64,000 nt of DNA from Octopus sinensis (Eukaryota), in NCBI RefSeq assembly GCF_006345805.1, contig NC_043000.1, positions 20,212,001 through 20,276,000 on the forward strand, in the 5' to 3' direction. The notes under the pieces were generated by a model. It was not told where the DNA came from. It worked only from the letters and a program-made list of their open reading frames with translations, and ran no database searches. Made by a program: the position numbers and the translations under genes. This document shows, in pieces, positions 38,384 through 50,504 of this stretch (position 1 is its first letter; every line of letters starts with the position of its first letter).

Positions 38384-38673
38384 TGTCTGTCTGTCTCTGT
38401 TTCTGTCTCTCTCTATTTCTCTTACACACAGGCAAACAGAATCAGCTATGCTGCGTTCTAAGAGAGGATCGTGGCTACTAATCACAGGATCGCCTTTCTC
38501 TACAAAATGGAGAAGGTCTGAGCTTGGGGTCTACCCACACTTTCTCAACTGGCGTGTAACAAAATAAGTCCATGGAAACCATAGAGCACAGTTATCGTGG
38601 ACTGACCGATCTACCATACAACACGAAACAGTTTTAACAAATGTGCTGCAGAAGTAATATGACACCTCTGAAA

Positions 38674-38800
38674 AATAAGCTGTTGACGACGCAACAAGAT
38701 TCCTATTGAGTAAGTTGTTGATGGAGCAACGAGACTCCTGTCGAGTAAGCTGTTGGTGAAGAAACAAGACCCCTGTCAGGTTTGCTGTGGATGAAGTAGA
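38674..38800. repeat. 35-bp tandem repeat, ~3.5 diverged copies
   Basis: AGTAAGCTGTTGATGGAGCAACGAGACTCCTGTCG-like units at 38674, 38709 and 38744. Confidence 0.8.
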
Positions 38801-39621
38801 GCATTTTCTTTTAATAGTTTTTACACTACCAACTGCTTCATGTAGTCAAACTTATTTAGAAAACAATAGAAATCTGTCTTACAGAGAGGAGGGTTAGATA
38901 AAAGCAACATACAAATGAACCCGCTGATTAGTTGACAGGTAAAATACAAGGAGCTACTTTAGAGCAACAATCAATAAGGCTTACACACACGACCTGCCAC
39001 ATCATTATTAGAAACATCCTGTACAGGTGATACAATGAAATAAATCCGTCAGAAAGTGCTATACATTAGGAGTATACGAGCTAACGTGCTTAAAATTCAA
39101 GAAACAAGTCTCCTAATTGCCCTTAAATTTCACTCTACGGTTTTAAAGAAAGAAAATGTAGTTTTAGATACACTGTGTGTGGATAAAGAGGAATGGTCAC
39201 GGCTAGAATATATTTAGTCATAGTTCTGCTTGATTTGGACAAATTTGAGACTAAGACAGCAATTAACTGGATAATTTATGTGCAGCTGTGCGAAGCAATG
39301 ACTAAAAGTAAACAAACTTTACACCAGTTCAAATATGCTTGGGAGAAGTTTCAAGTCGTAAGAGACTTTCCACTGTGACTTGTCAGGGGGTAAAACATCG
39401 TGGTCAGTTCAAAGCGTCCTCTATTGGACTGAGGGATGCGTATTTCGAACAGATACCAAAGAGAGGTTTCTTAGTTCACATTTGCCTCTCTTCGGTATTT
39501 GGTATTGATGAGAGCAAAATTAATTCAAAATCCATCTGTCCAATAGAGGTCTCTTTAAACTGCCTATGGAGTTTTACACTTTCTGCCTCAAGCAGGAATT
39601 TCTTCAGTGAAAAGCGTTTTT

Positions 39622-39777
39622 AGTGATAAGTAGCTTGCTTACGAACCACATGGTTCCAGATTCAGTCCTACTGCGTGGCACCTTGGGCAATTGTCTTCTG
39701 CTATAGGCTTGGACCGACCAAAGCCTTATGAGTGGATTAGACGGAAACTGAAAGAAGACCGTCGTATATATATGTCT

Positions 39778-39828
<51 letters not shown>

Positions 39829-40128
39829 TATATATATATATATTATATATATACATATATATACATTATTATACACACACATATATATCTCTAATATATA
39901 TATATGTCGTATATATAGTCTATATATATATATATATAATATATATATATATATAATATATCTACATATATTATATACCACACATATATATCTCTAATAA
40001 TATTTTATATATATATATATATTATATATATATATATTATATAGATATATATATATATATAGATATATATATATATAGATATATATATATTATAGATATA
40101 TATAGATATAATATATATAGATAGATAT

Positions 40129-40166
<38 letters not shown>

Positions 40167-40300
40167 GTTTGTGTGTGTGCGCGCGCGTGTGTTTGTGTGT
40201 CTGTGTTTGTCCCCCCACCAACATCATTTGATAACTGAAGCCTTGTAAGTGGATTTGGTAAACGAAAACTGAAAGAAGCCCGTCGTATATATGTATGTAA

Positions 40301-40337
<37 letters not shown>

Positions 40338-40532
40338 GTGTTTGTGTGTCTGTGTTTGTCTCACACACACCACCATCGCTTGACAACCGATGCCGGTGTG
40401 TTTACGTCCCCGTAACGTAGCGGTTCGGCAAATGAGACCGATAGAATAAGTACTAGACTTACAAAGAATAAGTCCTGGGGTCGCTTTCCTCGACTAAAGG
40501 CGGTCAAATGACTGAAACAAGTGAAAGAGTAA
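39622..40532 (+). mobile_element. SINE family A with expanded internal microsatellite and internal duplication
   Basis: 5' half at 39622-39775. The AAGCCTTGT...GAAGCCCGTCG segment repeats at ~40238-40285. 3' half runs to 40532. Confidence 0.8.
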
Positions 40533-40859
40533 ATATATTTGAAATCTTGAAATGTTTAATTAGATAATTCAGTTAAACCAAATGGCGTAGAGAGGCTGTA
40601 GATACACAAAGGACACAGTCTTCTTTGGCCAACTTTCCAGTCATAAGCCACTCTAAGCTTTTCTACTACATTTTTCCTTCACTGTTCATTAATGTTTCTG
40701 AAATTGTCCACAAACTCAGACGGATCCGAAATGAAAGACGCTACTTGTATATCGGGAATAGTAAAAAAAAGAAAAAGGATAAAATCAGTAAATGAAAAAG
40801 AAAAACCTGATTTTATTGATAAGGAAATATGAGTGATGAAAGGAAAAGTGATGCACGTA

Positions 40860-41990
40860 CTGGATTGATTAAAGTGGAAGTAGTATGGAACTGTTCCTCA
40901 TTGAAGACGAAACCGGACCTTATAGCACACATGAGTTAGTAACGTATCAGTCAGAAAGAGTCGTATCGAAAGTGCATTGTGATGGTGTGATCTACCAAGA
41001 TTCCATCCCCAAAGAGGATAGATGCAAGAAGTCCATAGGTAAATAGCTTAGCAAGGAGACTCGTCTGCTGTCATTGGTGACTGATCCCTTGTAAATGTAA
41101 TGTGAAAGCACGTTTCCTGTAGTTCTAGTTCTGTAGGAGCTGTGTTGATAGTTATTAAAAAAGGAAGAGTTATTTGAGGTACTGAAAAAGATAACTGCAG
41201 GCGATTGATTCCATTGTATTTAAGGTATTGGAAGTTACCGATAGATCGATAATTAGTTGCCTTATAACGGTTTCTTTCTTTACAAAGAGATAAACTATAT
41301 CATGTTTTGAAGATCTAAGCAGATCCTTGTAGAATGAGAAATATCGAAGAGTTGGGCGAAGATGGGGTTAGATCCGCGAGGCCATATTTGAACAAAATAT
41401 TGTCTAATATTGGCACAAGAACTGAGATTAGAAGCACGAGACTAGTCGATTATGCCGAAACCAATATGTAACTGGTACCATATCTTATCTAATCCAGAAA
41501 GCTGAAAGGAAAAGTTACCCTTGGTAGGATTTGAACTCAGAAGTCAAGAACCGGTAGTAAGAATTCGACCCTCTAAAGATCCTGCCAATGCACCACTCTA
41601 ATCATTTGAACATAATGAAGAGGATATTGTCAGGTGTGGTTGATTTATTGGTTAGAATTAACTGGAGAAGTTTGCAGGTAACAGAGAAAGATTTTTGGGA
41701 GGAGTCTTGTTGTGCATATGTATTTGTATAGTATGGAGTCGAAAGTAAAGTGAGAAGAAAACGTGGAAGCTTTCTCCACATGAGTTCTACTTACAGAACC
41801 ATCTTGATTTAGATATGATGGAGAAGAGAATACCACAAAGTTAGTGAAAATCTTCTTGGCAGGGAACCAGAAGGACCAGCTGCAAAATGGGATGCCAAAT
41901 CGTTTTCATGGTGAGCGATTCACAAAGATAATTTTTGCTTTCACAACGATAGTAAGCATAAGCAGACTAGTTTCTAGAGATAGCAAGATT
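40860..41990 (-). pseudogene. Highly decayed CR1-group (Daphne/CR1-like) RT region, interrupted by SINE N (41405-41600)
   Basis: Minus-strand remnants FWFPAKKIFTNF, DGSVSRTHVEKASTFSSHF, YQHSSYRTRTTGNVL and LLAKLFTYG are in the expected RT order, with many stops. Confidence 0.55.
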
Positions 41991-42414
41991 GGTGATGAAA
42001 ATAAAATAAAACGAAATGAAAATTTCATAATAAAATTGAATGAAGCTTACTTTATTTTATTGACATGAAAGAATGAGAAAATGTGTCCTGTATTTGCCGA
42101 TAAGTTAATCTGTCTGTTATAATTGAAGGCGACAAGTTAATACTATTGTCAGTAATAGAAATAAGTGAAATGAAATAGAAGTCTCTGAAAACAGATATTG
42201 ATGCAGCATTTTACTTTGTGACATCATTTTATCTATCTACCAATCTAACGATTGATCTGTCTGTCGATTTTTCTATCAATCTATATTATTTGTTTATATG
42301 TTTATGTGTGTATACACATATACCTGTATCTGTGTGTGTGTATAAATTGTATATATATATTATGCGTGTATGGATATATGTTCATTGATATATATATATA
42401 TGTGTGTGTGTGTA

Positions 42415-42449
<35 letters not shown>

Positions 42450-43481
42450 ATGTATGGTATGTATGTATGTATGTATGTATGTATGTATTGCATACATATG
42501 TGCGCATATGATAATACTATATTTTTTATATTATCTTTTAAACAGTTATATATTTAGCTTTAATCGTTACAAGATTTTTAATAAGAATTGCTAATTATAG
42601 ATATTCTTTAATTACGGAGATGTACTTGCATAGCAAGTGACCTGATCTGTGATCGTGTGCTGGAACGAAAACAATTGTAGCGTGAGAGGTGTTCATAAGC
42701 CATTTAAGAAACACTCAAACACCGTTAGATTCACTTCAACATTTAAATTTAATTTGCCAAAATATTTTCGTCGCTTTGAGAAGGCGACCTGTTCACTGAC
42801 AAAATTCCCTACTGCATCTGGATTCTTTTATTAGTTTCTGATTTAATAAGAATATTTTAGTATTATCTATCAAATTACTGATATAAGTTTAACATTAAAG
42901 CATTTAAGGATAACGAACATTTAATACGTATGAAGTGTTTTAATTATTAACTTTTAGATTATGAAATAGTGTAATTCACTGAGAATTAGTTAGATTATTA
43001 GTTAAGTTCAATCGAGCTTGTTTTGTTTTGGAAAGAATAAAATATAAAGCTTTCTCTTTTATATTAATAACTATGGAAGACTGGTGGGAATATTATCTGC
43101 ATGGACTTCAAGGGCTAGGTTGCTATTTAGTTAGATAATTTAGGATTTAGTTATAGGTTTACTTATTGAATTTATTTACCGATACTGTTTTTGTACATGG
43201 GGTAATGTGGTTTCTTTGTTGTAGTTTAATTAATAATGTTAGTGTTTAATCCTTCCTAGAATTAGGATTGAAATAGGAACAAAAATACAGTTAACAAGAA
43301 CAGTATGACCATTGCTACTACTATAAATAGTCCAACGTTATAATCAACTTCATCACTAATATAAAACCTACTATAACGTCACTAATTTTTGAATAATCAA
43401 TTGAGACCGGCAATAAAATTATTTGCATGATAGCAATGTCTGTAACTACTTATGTTGTAAGTCAACATAATGACGTGTACA

Positions 43482-43527
<46 letters not shown>

Positions 43528-44853
43528 TCACATATATATATATATGAGAGAGAGAGAGAGTGCGTGTGTGTGTGAGTAGATTGTGAATATTTTATGGATC
43601 AAATCAGAGATACAAGAGGTAAAGTACCTATGAACCGTGTAACCTTTCAACTAACTGCAATCGTAGAGTACTTGCACCCACTTCATTCATCCACTTTTTA
43701 ATCTTATTTCTATCCATAGGAATGAGAAAAATTTTTTTCTTTCACGAAATAGTTATTTCCTGTTGCTATTTTTTACTACATATTTGCACGGATAATTGCT
43801 GATCACCACCGCTGTTGGATTTAACGAAAATTCAAAATATCTGAGAAAAATCTGTCAAGTGGAACTGCATGCAGCAGTGCAGAAAGGAACTGTAAAAGTA
43901 TTACACTAGATATTAAACTTGATATTTTAAAAACGCTTGATGCAGAAGAAAAAAATCAGCTACATTACCAAACCATTAAAGCTTGCAAAGTCTGTAGTGG
44001 AAACAATACGTGACAAGAGAGAAAAAATTAAGTCAAGTGTTCAAGAAGTTAATCCGTCAACTGTTCCGACCTAACTTTCTCATAGATCTAATCGTATGCT
44101 TTAAAATGGAACGGCTCTTGGGTGAATGGATCACGAATCAGAATTCAAGTAATGTGCCAATAATCACAATGGTAATAAAAAAAAATGCAAGTTTATAAGA
44201 TGTTTTACCAAAATAGGAAGATGAAATTTCCGATGAAAGACATTTTCTTTGAAGTTACTGCTGGTTTCAAAGGCTTAAGAAGTGCCTAAATTCGCATGAT
44301 ATAAAAATGACTGGTGAAGCTGCTACTGCAGGCACAGAGGCTGCTACAAATATTTGCAAAAGAGAAATACACTTTTCTAGAACATCATGCCTACTGAAGC
44401 TTTTATTTCTCGAAAATAAAAATCAGCAGCAGGGTTTAAAGCCTCCAAAAGTCGTCTGATGCTTCTTTGTGGAAGAAATGCCGTTGGTAATATGAAATTA
44501 ATGCTCCTACTCGTCTACTCGTATAACTCCTAAAATTCAAGCGCTTTCAATAATTGCGCAAACTTTAATTTACACCTGATTTAGTATTCAAAGGTTTGGA
44601 TGACCAGGAGCCTTTTCGAAGAATGGTTTGCTAATATCTGTCCTACTGTAAAGAAGTACAATATTGAATAATGTTTCCAACAAACAATTGTTACTTTTAG
44701 ACGATGCACCAAGGCACTCAGTGAACTTAAATAAGCTTTATCTGAGAGCAGGACATATTTCCAAGAATGCAACTTCTTTGCAACAGCCACTGATTCAAGA
44801 TGTGTTATCAGAGAAAACATTGAGTTTATGTAATAATTGACAGGGAGGATAAG

Positions 44854-44891
<38 letters not shown>

Positions 44892-45115
44892 AGGCGGTGA
44901 GCTGGCAGAAACGTTAGGACGCCGGGCGAAATGCGTAGCCGTAATTCATCTGCCGTTACGTTCTGAGTTCAAATTCCGCCGAGGTCGACTTTGCCTTTCA
45001 TCCTTTCGAGGTCGATTAAATAAGTACCAGCTTCGCACTGGGGTCGATGTAATTGTCTGTCCTTGTTTGTCCTCTCTGTGTTTAGCCCCTTGCGGTGATA
45101 AAAGAAATAAATAAA
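44892..45115 (+). mobile_element. SINE family N, full length
   Basis: GGCGGTGAGCTGGCAGAAACGTTAG head, GAGTTCAAATTCC B-box, GCCTTTCATCCTTTCGAGGTCGATTAAATAAGTACCAG core. Confidence 0.88.
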
Positions 45116-45118
45116 TAA

Positions 45119-45188
<70 letters not shown>

Positions 45189-45195
<7 letters not shown>

Positions 45196-45633
45196 AATTC
45201 ATAAATGAGGGCAAAGGAAGAAATTTCTAATGCCAAATATGCCGAAAAATTGGACATATTGTCCATTAACCATATAATTTTTTCACAATACGCACGCTAC
45301 TCGAAAAAAGGTCGACAGGAATTTCTAAAAATTCCATTATTTCCATATCGGACCAATTTCATAGGGTATGAGTAAGTATCATGGGTATGAGTATGTATCT
45401 CATTTATTTCTTTTGCCACATGTATCACTGACGAAGAGAGGGCTCTTAGTAGCTAACTCTGAAATCGGTCCGATATGGTAATAATGAAATTTTTTAGAAA
45501 TTTCTGTCGACCTTTTTTCGAGTAGCGTGCGTAGTGTGAAAAAATTATATGGTTAATAGATAATATGTCCAATTTTTCGGCATATTTGGCATTAGAAATT
45601 TTTTCCTTTGCACTCATTTATGAATTGTTTATA
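45189..45633. repeat. Foldback element: ~173-bp inverted arms (45189-45361 / 45460-45633) around a 98-bp spacer
   Basis: Hand alignment of the left arm with the reverse complement of the right arm gives 9 substitutions and 1 indel. Confidence 0.95.
45423..45480 (+). ncRNA. Type I hammerhead ribozyme, complete core
   Basis: Stem I TATCA/TGGTA, CTGACGA (45428-45434), stem II AGAG/CTCT plus GGCT/AGCT, GAAA (45461-45464), stem III ATCG-GTC-CGAT, AUA triplet. Predicted cut after 45475. Confidence 0.75.
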
Positions 45634-45848
45634 AATTTAACCGTTAAAGGTATTTTTTAATATGCTGGCCATTGATAAAATTTTTTTCGAAAAAATATTT
45701 TTTTCGGAAAAAAAAAACTTTTATCCTACATTAGATATATATATATATATATATATACGCAGTTCTACCTCGGTTTTCGAACAACTCTGATCACGAATAA
45801 ATCGTGCTATGAAACATATGTTGCCTGGATTTCATCTACTCCATTCCC

Positions 45849-45879
<31 letters not shown>

Positions 45880-45882
<3 letters not shown>

Positions 45883-46262
45883 CTCTCTTTTACTTGTTTC
45901 AGTCATTTGACTGTAGCCATGCTGGAGCACCGCCTTTTTAGTCGAGCAAATCGACCTCAGGACTTATTCTTTGGAAGCCTGGTACTTATTCTATCGGTCT
46001 CTTTTGCCGAACCGCTAAGTTACGGGGACGTAAACTCACCAGCATCGGTTGTCAAGCGATGTTCCATGCTGGGGGGCAAACACAGATACACAAGCATATA
46101 TACACACATACACATACACATATACGATGGGCTTCTTTCAGTTTCCGTCTACCAAATCCATTCACAAGGCTTTGGTCAACCCGAGGCTAAAGTTAAAGAC
46201 ACTTGCTCAAGTACCACGCAGTGGGACTGAACCCGGAACCATGTGGTTCGTAAGCAAGCCAC
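45880..46262 (-). mobile_element. SINE family A
   Basis: Both halves present on the minus strand; nested in the Tigger remnant. Confidence 0.88.
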
Positions 46263-46603
46263 ACCTACGCCTTAGAAAGATCTGGAAGAGATCCAACATA
46301 ACGCTGTGGAGAACATGATACTTGGGAAAATGTATGGCCTGACTGTATCCGAGATTTTAGAGGTTTCTCACAATCAGAAAGCTGACACTTGCAAATAACA
46401 CGTTTTGAACAAGTCTTAGATGATGATGTGATTGAATTGTTAGTTTCCCGTAAAGAAAGTTTATCCATAGAAGAGCTGAAGCCGTAGGAACAGGGGTAAG
46501 TTTAGAATACAGATAAGAATACGGAAATCCAACTTACTCCACTTAAATTGACTTTAGGGAATATTGATAAAGGTTTGGTACATATAGAGGTAAATCTATA
46601 AGC

Positions 46604-46987
46604 GGAGGCGCAATGGCCCAGTGGTTAGGGCAGCGGACTCGCGGTCATAGGATCGCGGTTTCGATTCCCAGACCGGGCGTTGTGAGTGTTTATTGAGCGA
46701 AAACACCTAAAAGCTCCACGAGGCTCCGGCAGGGGATGGTGGTGATCCCTGCTGTACTCTTTCACCACAACTTTCTCTCACTCTTACTTCCTGTTTCTGT
46801 TGTACCTGTATTTCAAGGGGCCGGTCTTGTCACTCTCTGTGTCACGCTGAATATCCCCGAGAACTACGTTAAGGGCGCACGTGTCTGTGGAGTGCTCAGC
46901 CACTTACGCGTTAATTTCACGAGCAGGCTGTTCCGTTGATTCCGATCAACCGGAACCGTCATCGTCGTAACCGACGGAGTGCTTCCC
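46604..46987 (+). mobile_element. SINE family R (young) with 12-bp TSD AAATCTATAAGC
   Basis: tRNA-like head GGAGGCGCAATGGCCCAGTGGTTAGG...GGTTTCGATTCCC. TSD at 46592-46603 and 46988-46999. Confidence 0.93.
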
Positions 46988-47404
46988 AAATCTATAAGCC
47001 TTTGTTGATAACAAACATAATCGTGAACCTATAAAAAATTAACAAAAGGTGCTCTGTTCATACACTGAGATGTACAAAGAGATGATGCTAAACCAAAATC
47101 TAACAATTTTGGTTTGGATCTTCGTCCCTCAAATAGATGCTAATGGTGATGAGTTAGAACATACATGATGGTCCCCTTCATCCTCACAATAACTCTCATT
47201 CCACCCTTAACCTTTATACAGTAGTCAAAATTCTTGGGGGCGTAAGATCCTTCCTTATTACGACATAACGGTGTATTCTTCGGTGTATTTCTCCTTAAAT
47301 GCATTTAGGTGTACATATTGCAATGTGCATGTTTGGAAATTGTAATTTTCATACATAAAATCGGTCAGTTATTTGTTGATTCGTAGTTTTTGATGGATGA
47401 ACAT

Positions 47405-47685
<281 letters not shown>

Positions 47686-48354
47686 CTGATGTAAACTAGA
47701 TAACTACATAAATGTGTATAATACATGCCTTCACATACATATAGATACATACACATAGACATGCATACATCCATGCATACACACATACACAGATACATGC
47801 ATACATACACGCATATACAAAAAAACAAATGCATATATACTTACATACATTCATACATCCATTCACCCTTACGCTATCGCCAAATATGCCACGCTATAAT
47901 CAGGACTTCAAAAAAGACGCCATACTGTGTTACTCCACCTCGCTACATAACACTCAGCCTGTATTTTCCATCAGTTTGCACGCTTCAGCATAAGCATACA
48001 AAATATATACGCTGACTCATGCATACGCGCAAACATAGATGTTTATACATATATAAAGTGAGCCTTTGTTATTTATACTTAGCCAACGTTTACAACACTG
48101 CTAATCCCTACCTGAATTAACGCCCTTTGCTGCATGACTCTTGGTTACTGTGATGCTATATCTCAGTCGGAGTTCCTTCGATGTACACGTGATTGAAATG
48201 GTGTTCATATGAAGGTATGTATATGTGTATATATGCATATATAAATACTCATATGAATATAGATATATGTGTATATATGCATATATACACGTATGTGTAT
48301 GTGAATTTATATACATATATCGTATTTTATAGATCCACATATATATATATACAT

Positions 48355-48725
48355 ATTATTTTACTCTTTTACTTATTTCAGTCATCGACCCCAGGACTTA
48401 TTCTTTGTAAGCCTAGTACTTATTATAGCCTTCTCCTTTGCCGAACCACTAAGTTATGGGGACGTAAACACACCAACATCGGTTGTCCAGCGATGTTGGG
48501 TGGGACAAACAGACACACAAACATTATATACATATACGATGGGCTTCTTCCAGTTTCCGTCTACCAAATCCACTCACAAGGCTTTGGTCGGCTCGAAGCT
48601 ATAGTAGAAGACACTTGCCCAAGGTGCCACGCAGTGGGACTGAACCCGGCAAAATGTGGTTGGTAAGCAAGCTCGGCAAAATGTGGTTGGTAAGCAAGCT
48701 ACTTACCACACAGCCACTCCTGCGC
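48355..48725 (-). mobile_element. SINE family A with 27-bp tandem duplication in the tRNA head
   Basis: CGGCAAAATGTGGTTGGTAAGCAAGCT at 48647-48673 and 48674-48700. Confidence 0.88.
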
Positions 48726-48774
48726 CTATGTATGTATATGAGTGTTTGTATATATGTATGTATGTATGTATGTA

Positions 48775-48915
48775 CGAGTGGTGTATGGAAAGTCTTGAGC
48801 CTCAAAAACATCAAAGCATAGTACTAAATTTCTGATGAAGGTAAAAGACCTCAAGGCTCAAAGGCCTGGAAGGCTCAAAGGCCTGGAAGGCTCAAAACTT
48901 TTCATACGCCCCACG
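48775..48915. mobile_element. Mariner-type MITE (141 bp), TA target duplication
   Basis: TA|CGAGTGGTGTATGGAAAGTCTTGAGCCT versus right-end reverse complement TA|CGTGGGGCGTATGAAAAGTTTTGAGCCT: 28-bp TIR with 5 mismatches. Confidence 0.8.
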
Positions 48916-49097
48916 TATGTGCAGTTGTATGGCCTAGTGGGTAGCGTGTTGCACTCACAATCCAGCGGTTGTGATTTTAATTCCAGAACCTGGTGGTCTG
49001 TTGTATTCTTGAGCAAAACACCTCAGTTGCGTTGTTCTGCGATCACTTCTACACCTCACACATATATATATATCTCGTCGTACTTATACGTGTGTGC

Positions 49098-49161
<64 letters not shown>

Positions 49162-49179
49162 GTGTGTATGTGTGTATTC

Positions 49180-49365
49180 GTCCCCCACTAACCGGTCTTC
49201 GTGTATTTATGTCACCGTAACTTAGCGGTTCGGCAAAAGAACCGATCGGATAAGTACCAGGCTTAGCAAAAAATTAAGTACTGTGATCGGTTCGTTCGAC
49301 TAAAAGTTCTTCAAAGCGGTGCTCCAGCAGGACCGCGGTCTAATGACTGAAGGAAATAAAAGAAT
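49180..49365 (+). mobile_element. SINE family A 3' half
   Basis: CCGTAACTTAGCGGTTCGGCAAAAG...GCGGTGCTCCAGCA. Confidence 0.8.
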
Positions 49366-49373
49366 AAGCGAAT

Positions 49374-49404
<31 letters not shown>

Positions 49405-49434
49405 CATACATACATACATACATACATACATACA

Positions 49435-49465
<31 letters not shown>

Positions 49466-49570
49466 GTTTCTTTATTGGCTACACAGGGCTGAACACAGAG
49501 GGGACAAAATACAATGTAGAGCTTTTCTTTTTGGTAAGAAAAAAGGTCGGTAGGTATGAAGGTATGTAGG

Positions 49571-49644
<74 letters not shown>

Positions 49645-50298
49645 CTTGTATGCGTATATTTTTGTTCGGCTCCATGTGTACACGTGCACCGGCATGTGAG
49701 TTCAAGATGGCTATCGATTTGCATGAATACATATATTTATGTAGGTGGTACAATTTTATGTCCATCCAAGAATATATCAGTTTTTGTATGCGCATCTGTG
49801 GGATGAGTATTGGTGAGTGCGTGTGTGTGTCTGTCTCTGTCTCTGTGCGTTTGTGTATGTGTGTGTGTGTTTGTATGTATGTGTGTGTGTGCGTGCGGGA
49901 AACGCAAAATTCGTAACAGCAGTTTTTCATTTTATTTTTTCTCAAGCAGTACCGGATGAACAGGAACAACACCTATTACTTGAGAAAATCCTATAAAAAG
50001 CGTGTAAATTGTAACAATGAAAACTGACTCAAAATTCGTATTGAATGTTTGGGCCTCTAATATAAACATTAAGGATTTCAATCAAAACTTTAGGGACCTG
50101 ATATTGATTCCTTTTCCGCTTTAACTCATTGTATGTCACTCTCCTGGTAAGTAGTACTAGGTGGGCTAAAGGTCACGCAGGGAATAAGTTCAATACGAAT
50201 CAAAATTTTCAAAGACATGCTTCAATTTATCTAAGATTTAATAAAATAAAGTAAACTAATGATCAATGCACACATACTTGTACATGATGAAGAAACTA

Positions 50299-50333
<35 letters not shown>

Positions 50334-50430
50334 TAATAATAATAAAATAATAATAAAAAAAAATAATAAAATAATAATAACAATAATAATGATGATGAGA
50401 TAATAGTAATAATAATAATAATAATAATAA

Positions 50431-50493
<63 letters not shown>

Positions 50494-50504
50494 TAATAAT
50501 AATA

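Larger units (their letters stand above)
43850..47100 (+). pseudogene. Decayed Tigger/pogo (CENP-B HTH + DDE) transposase split by nested insertions
   Basis: KSITLDIKLDIL, MERLLGEWITNQ, WFQRLKK...IKMTGEAATA, GFKASKSRLMLL, LLLDDAPRH, PKNATSLQQP (43850-44825). Then WENVWPDCIRDFRGF and DDDVIELLVSRKESLSIEEL (46275-46490), tail to ~47100. Confidence 0.85.

Noticed and set aside
46604-46680. tRNA-like sequences (also the heads of SINE A, N and M)
   Set aside because: A/B-box-like motifs are present but acceptor and anticodon stems do not close, and each continues into a SINE body; not tRNA genes.
48833-48860. CTGATGA-AGGT AAAAG ACCT hairpin
   Set aside because: Not followed by GAAA; it is internal sequence of the mariner MITE.
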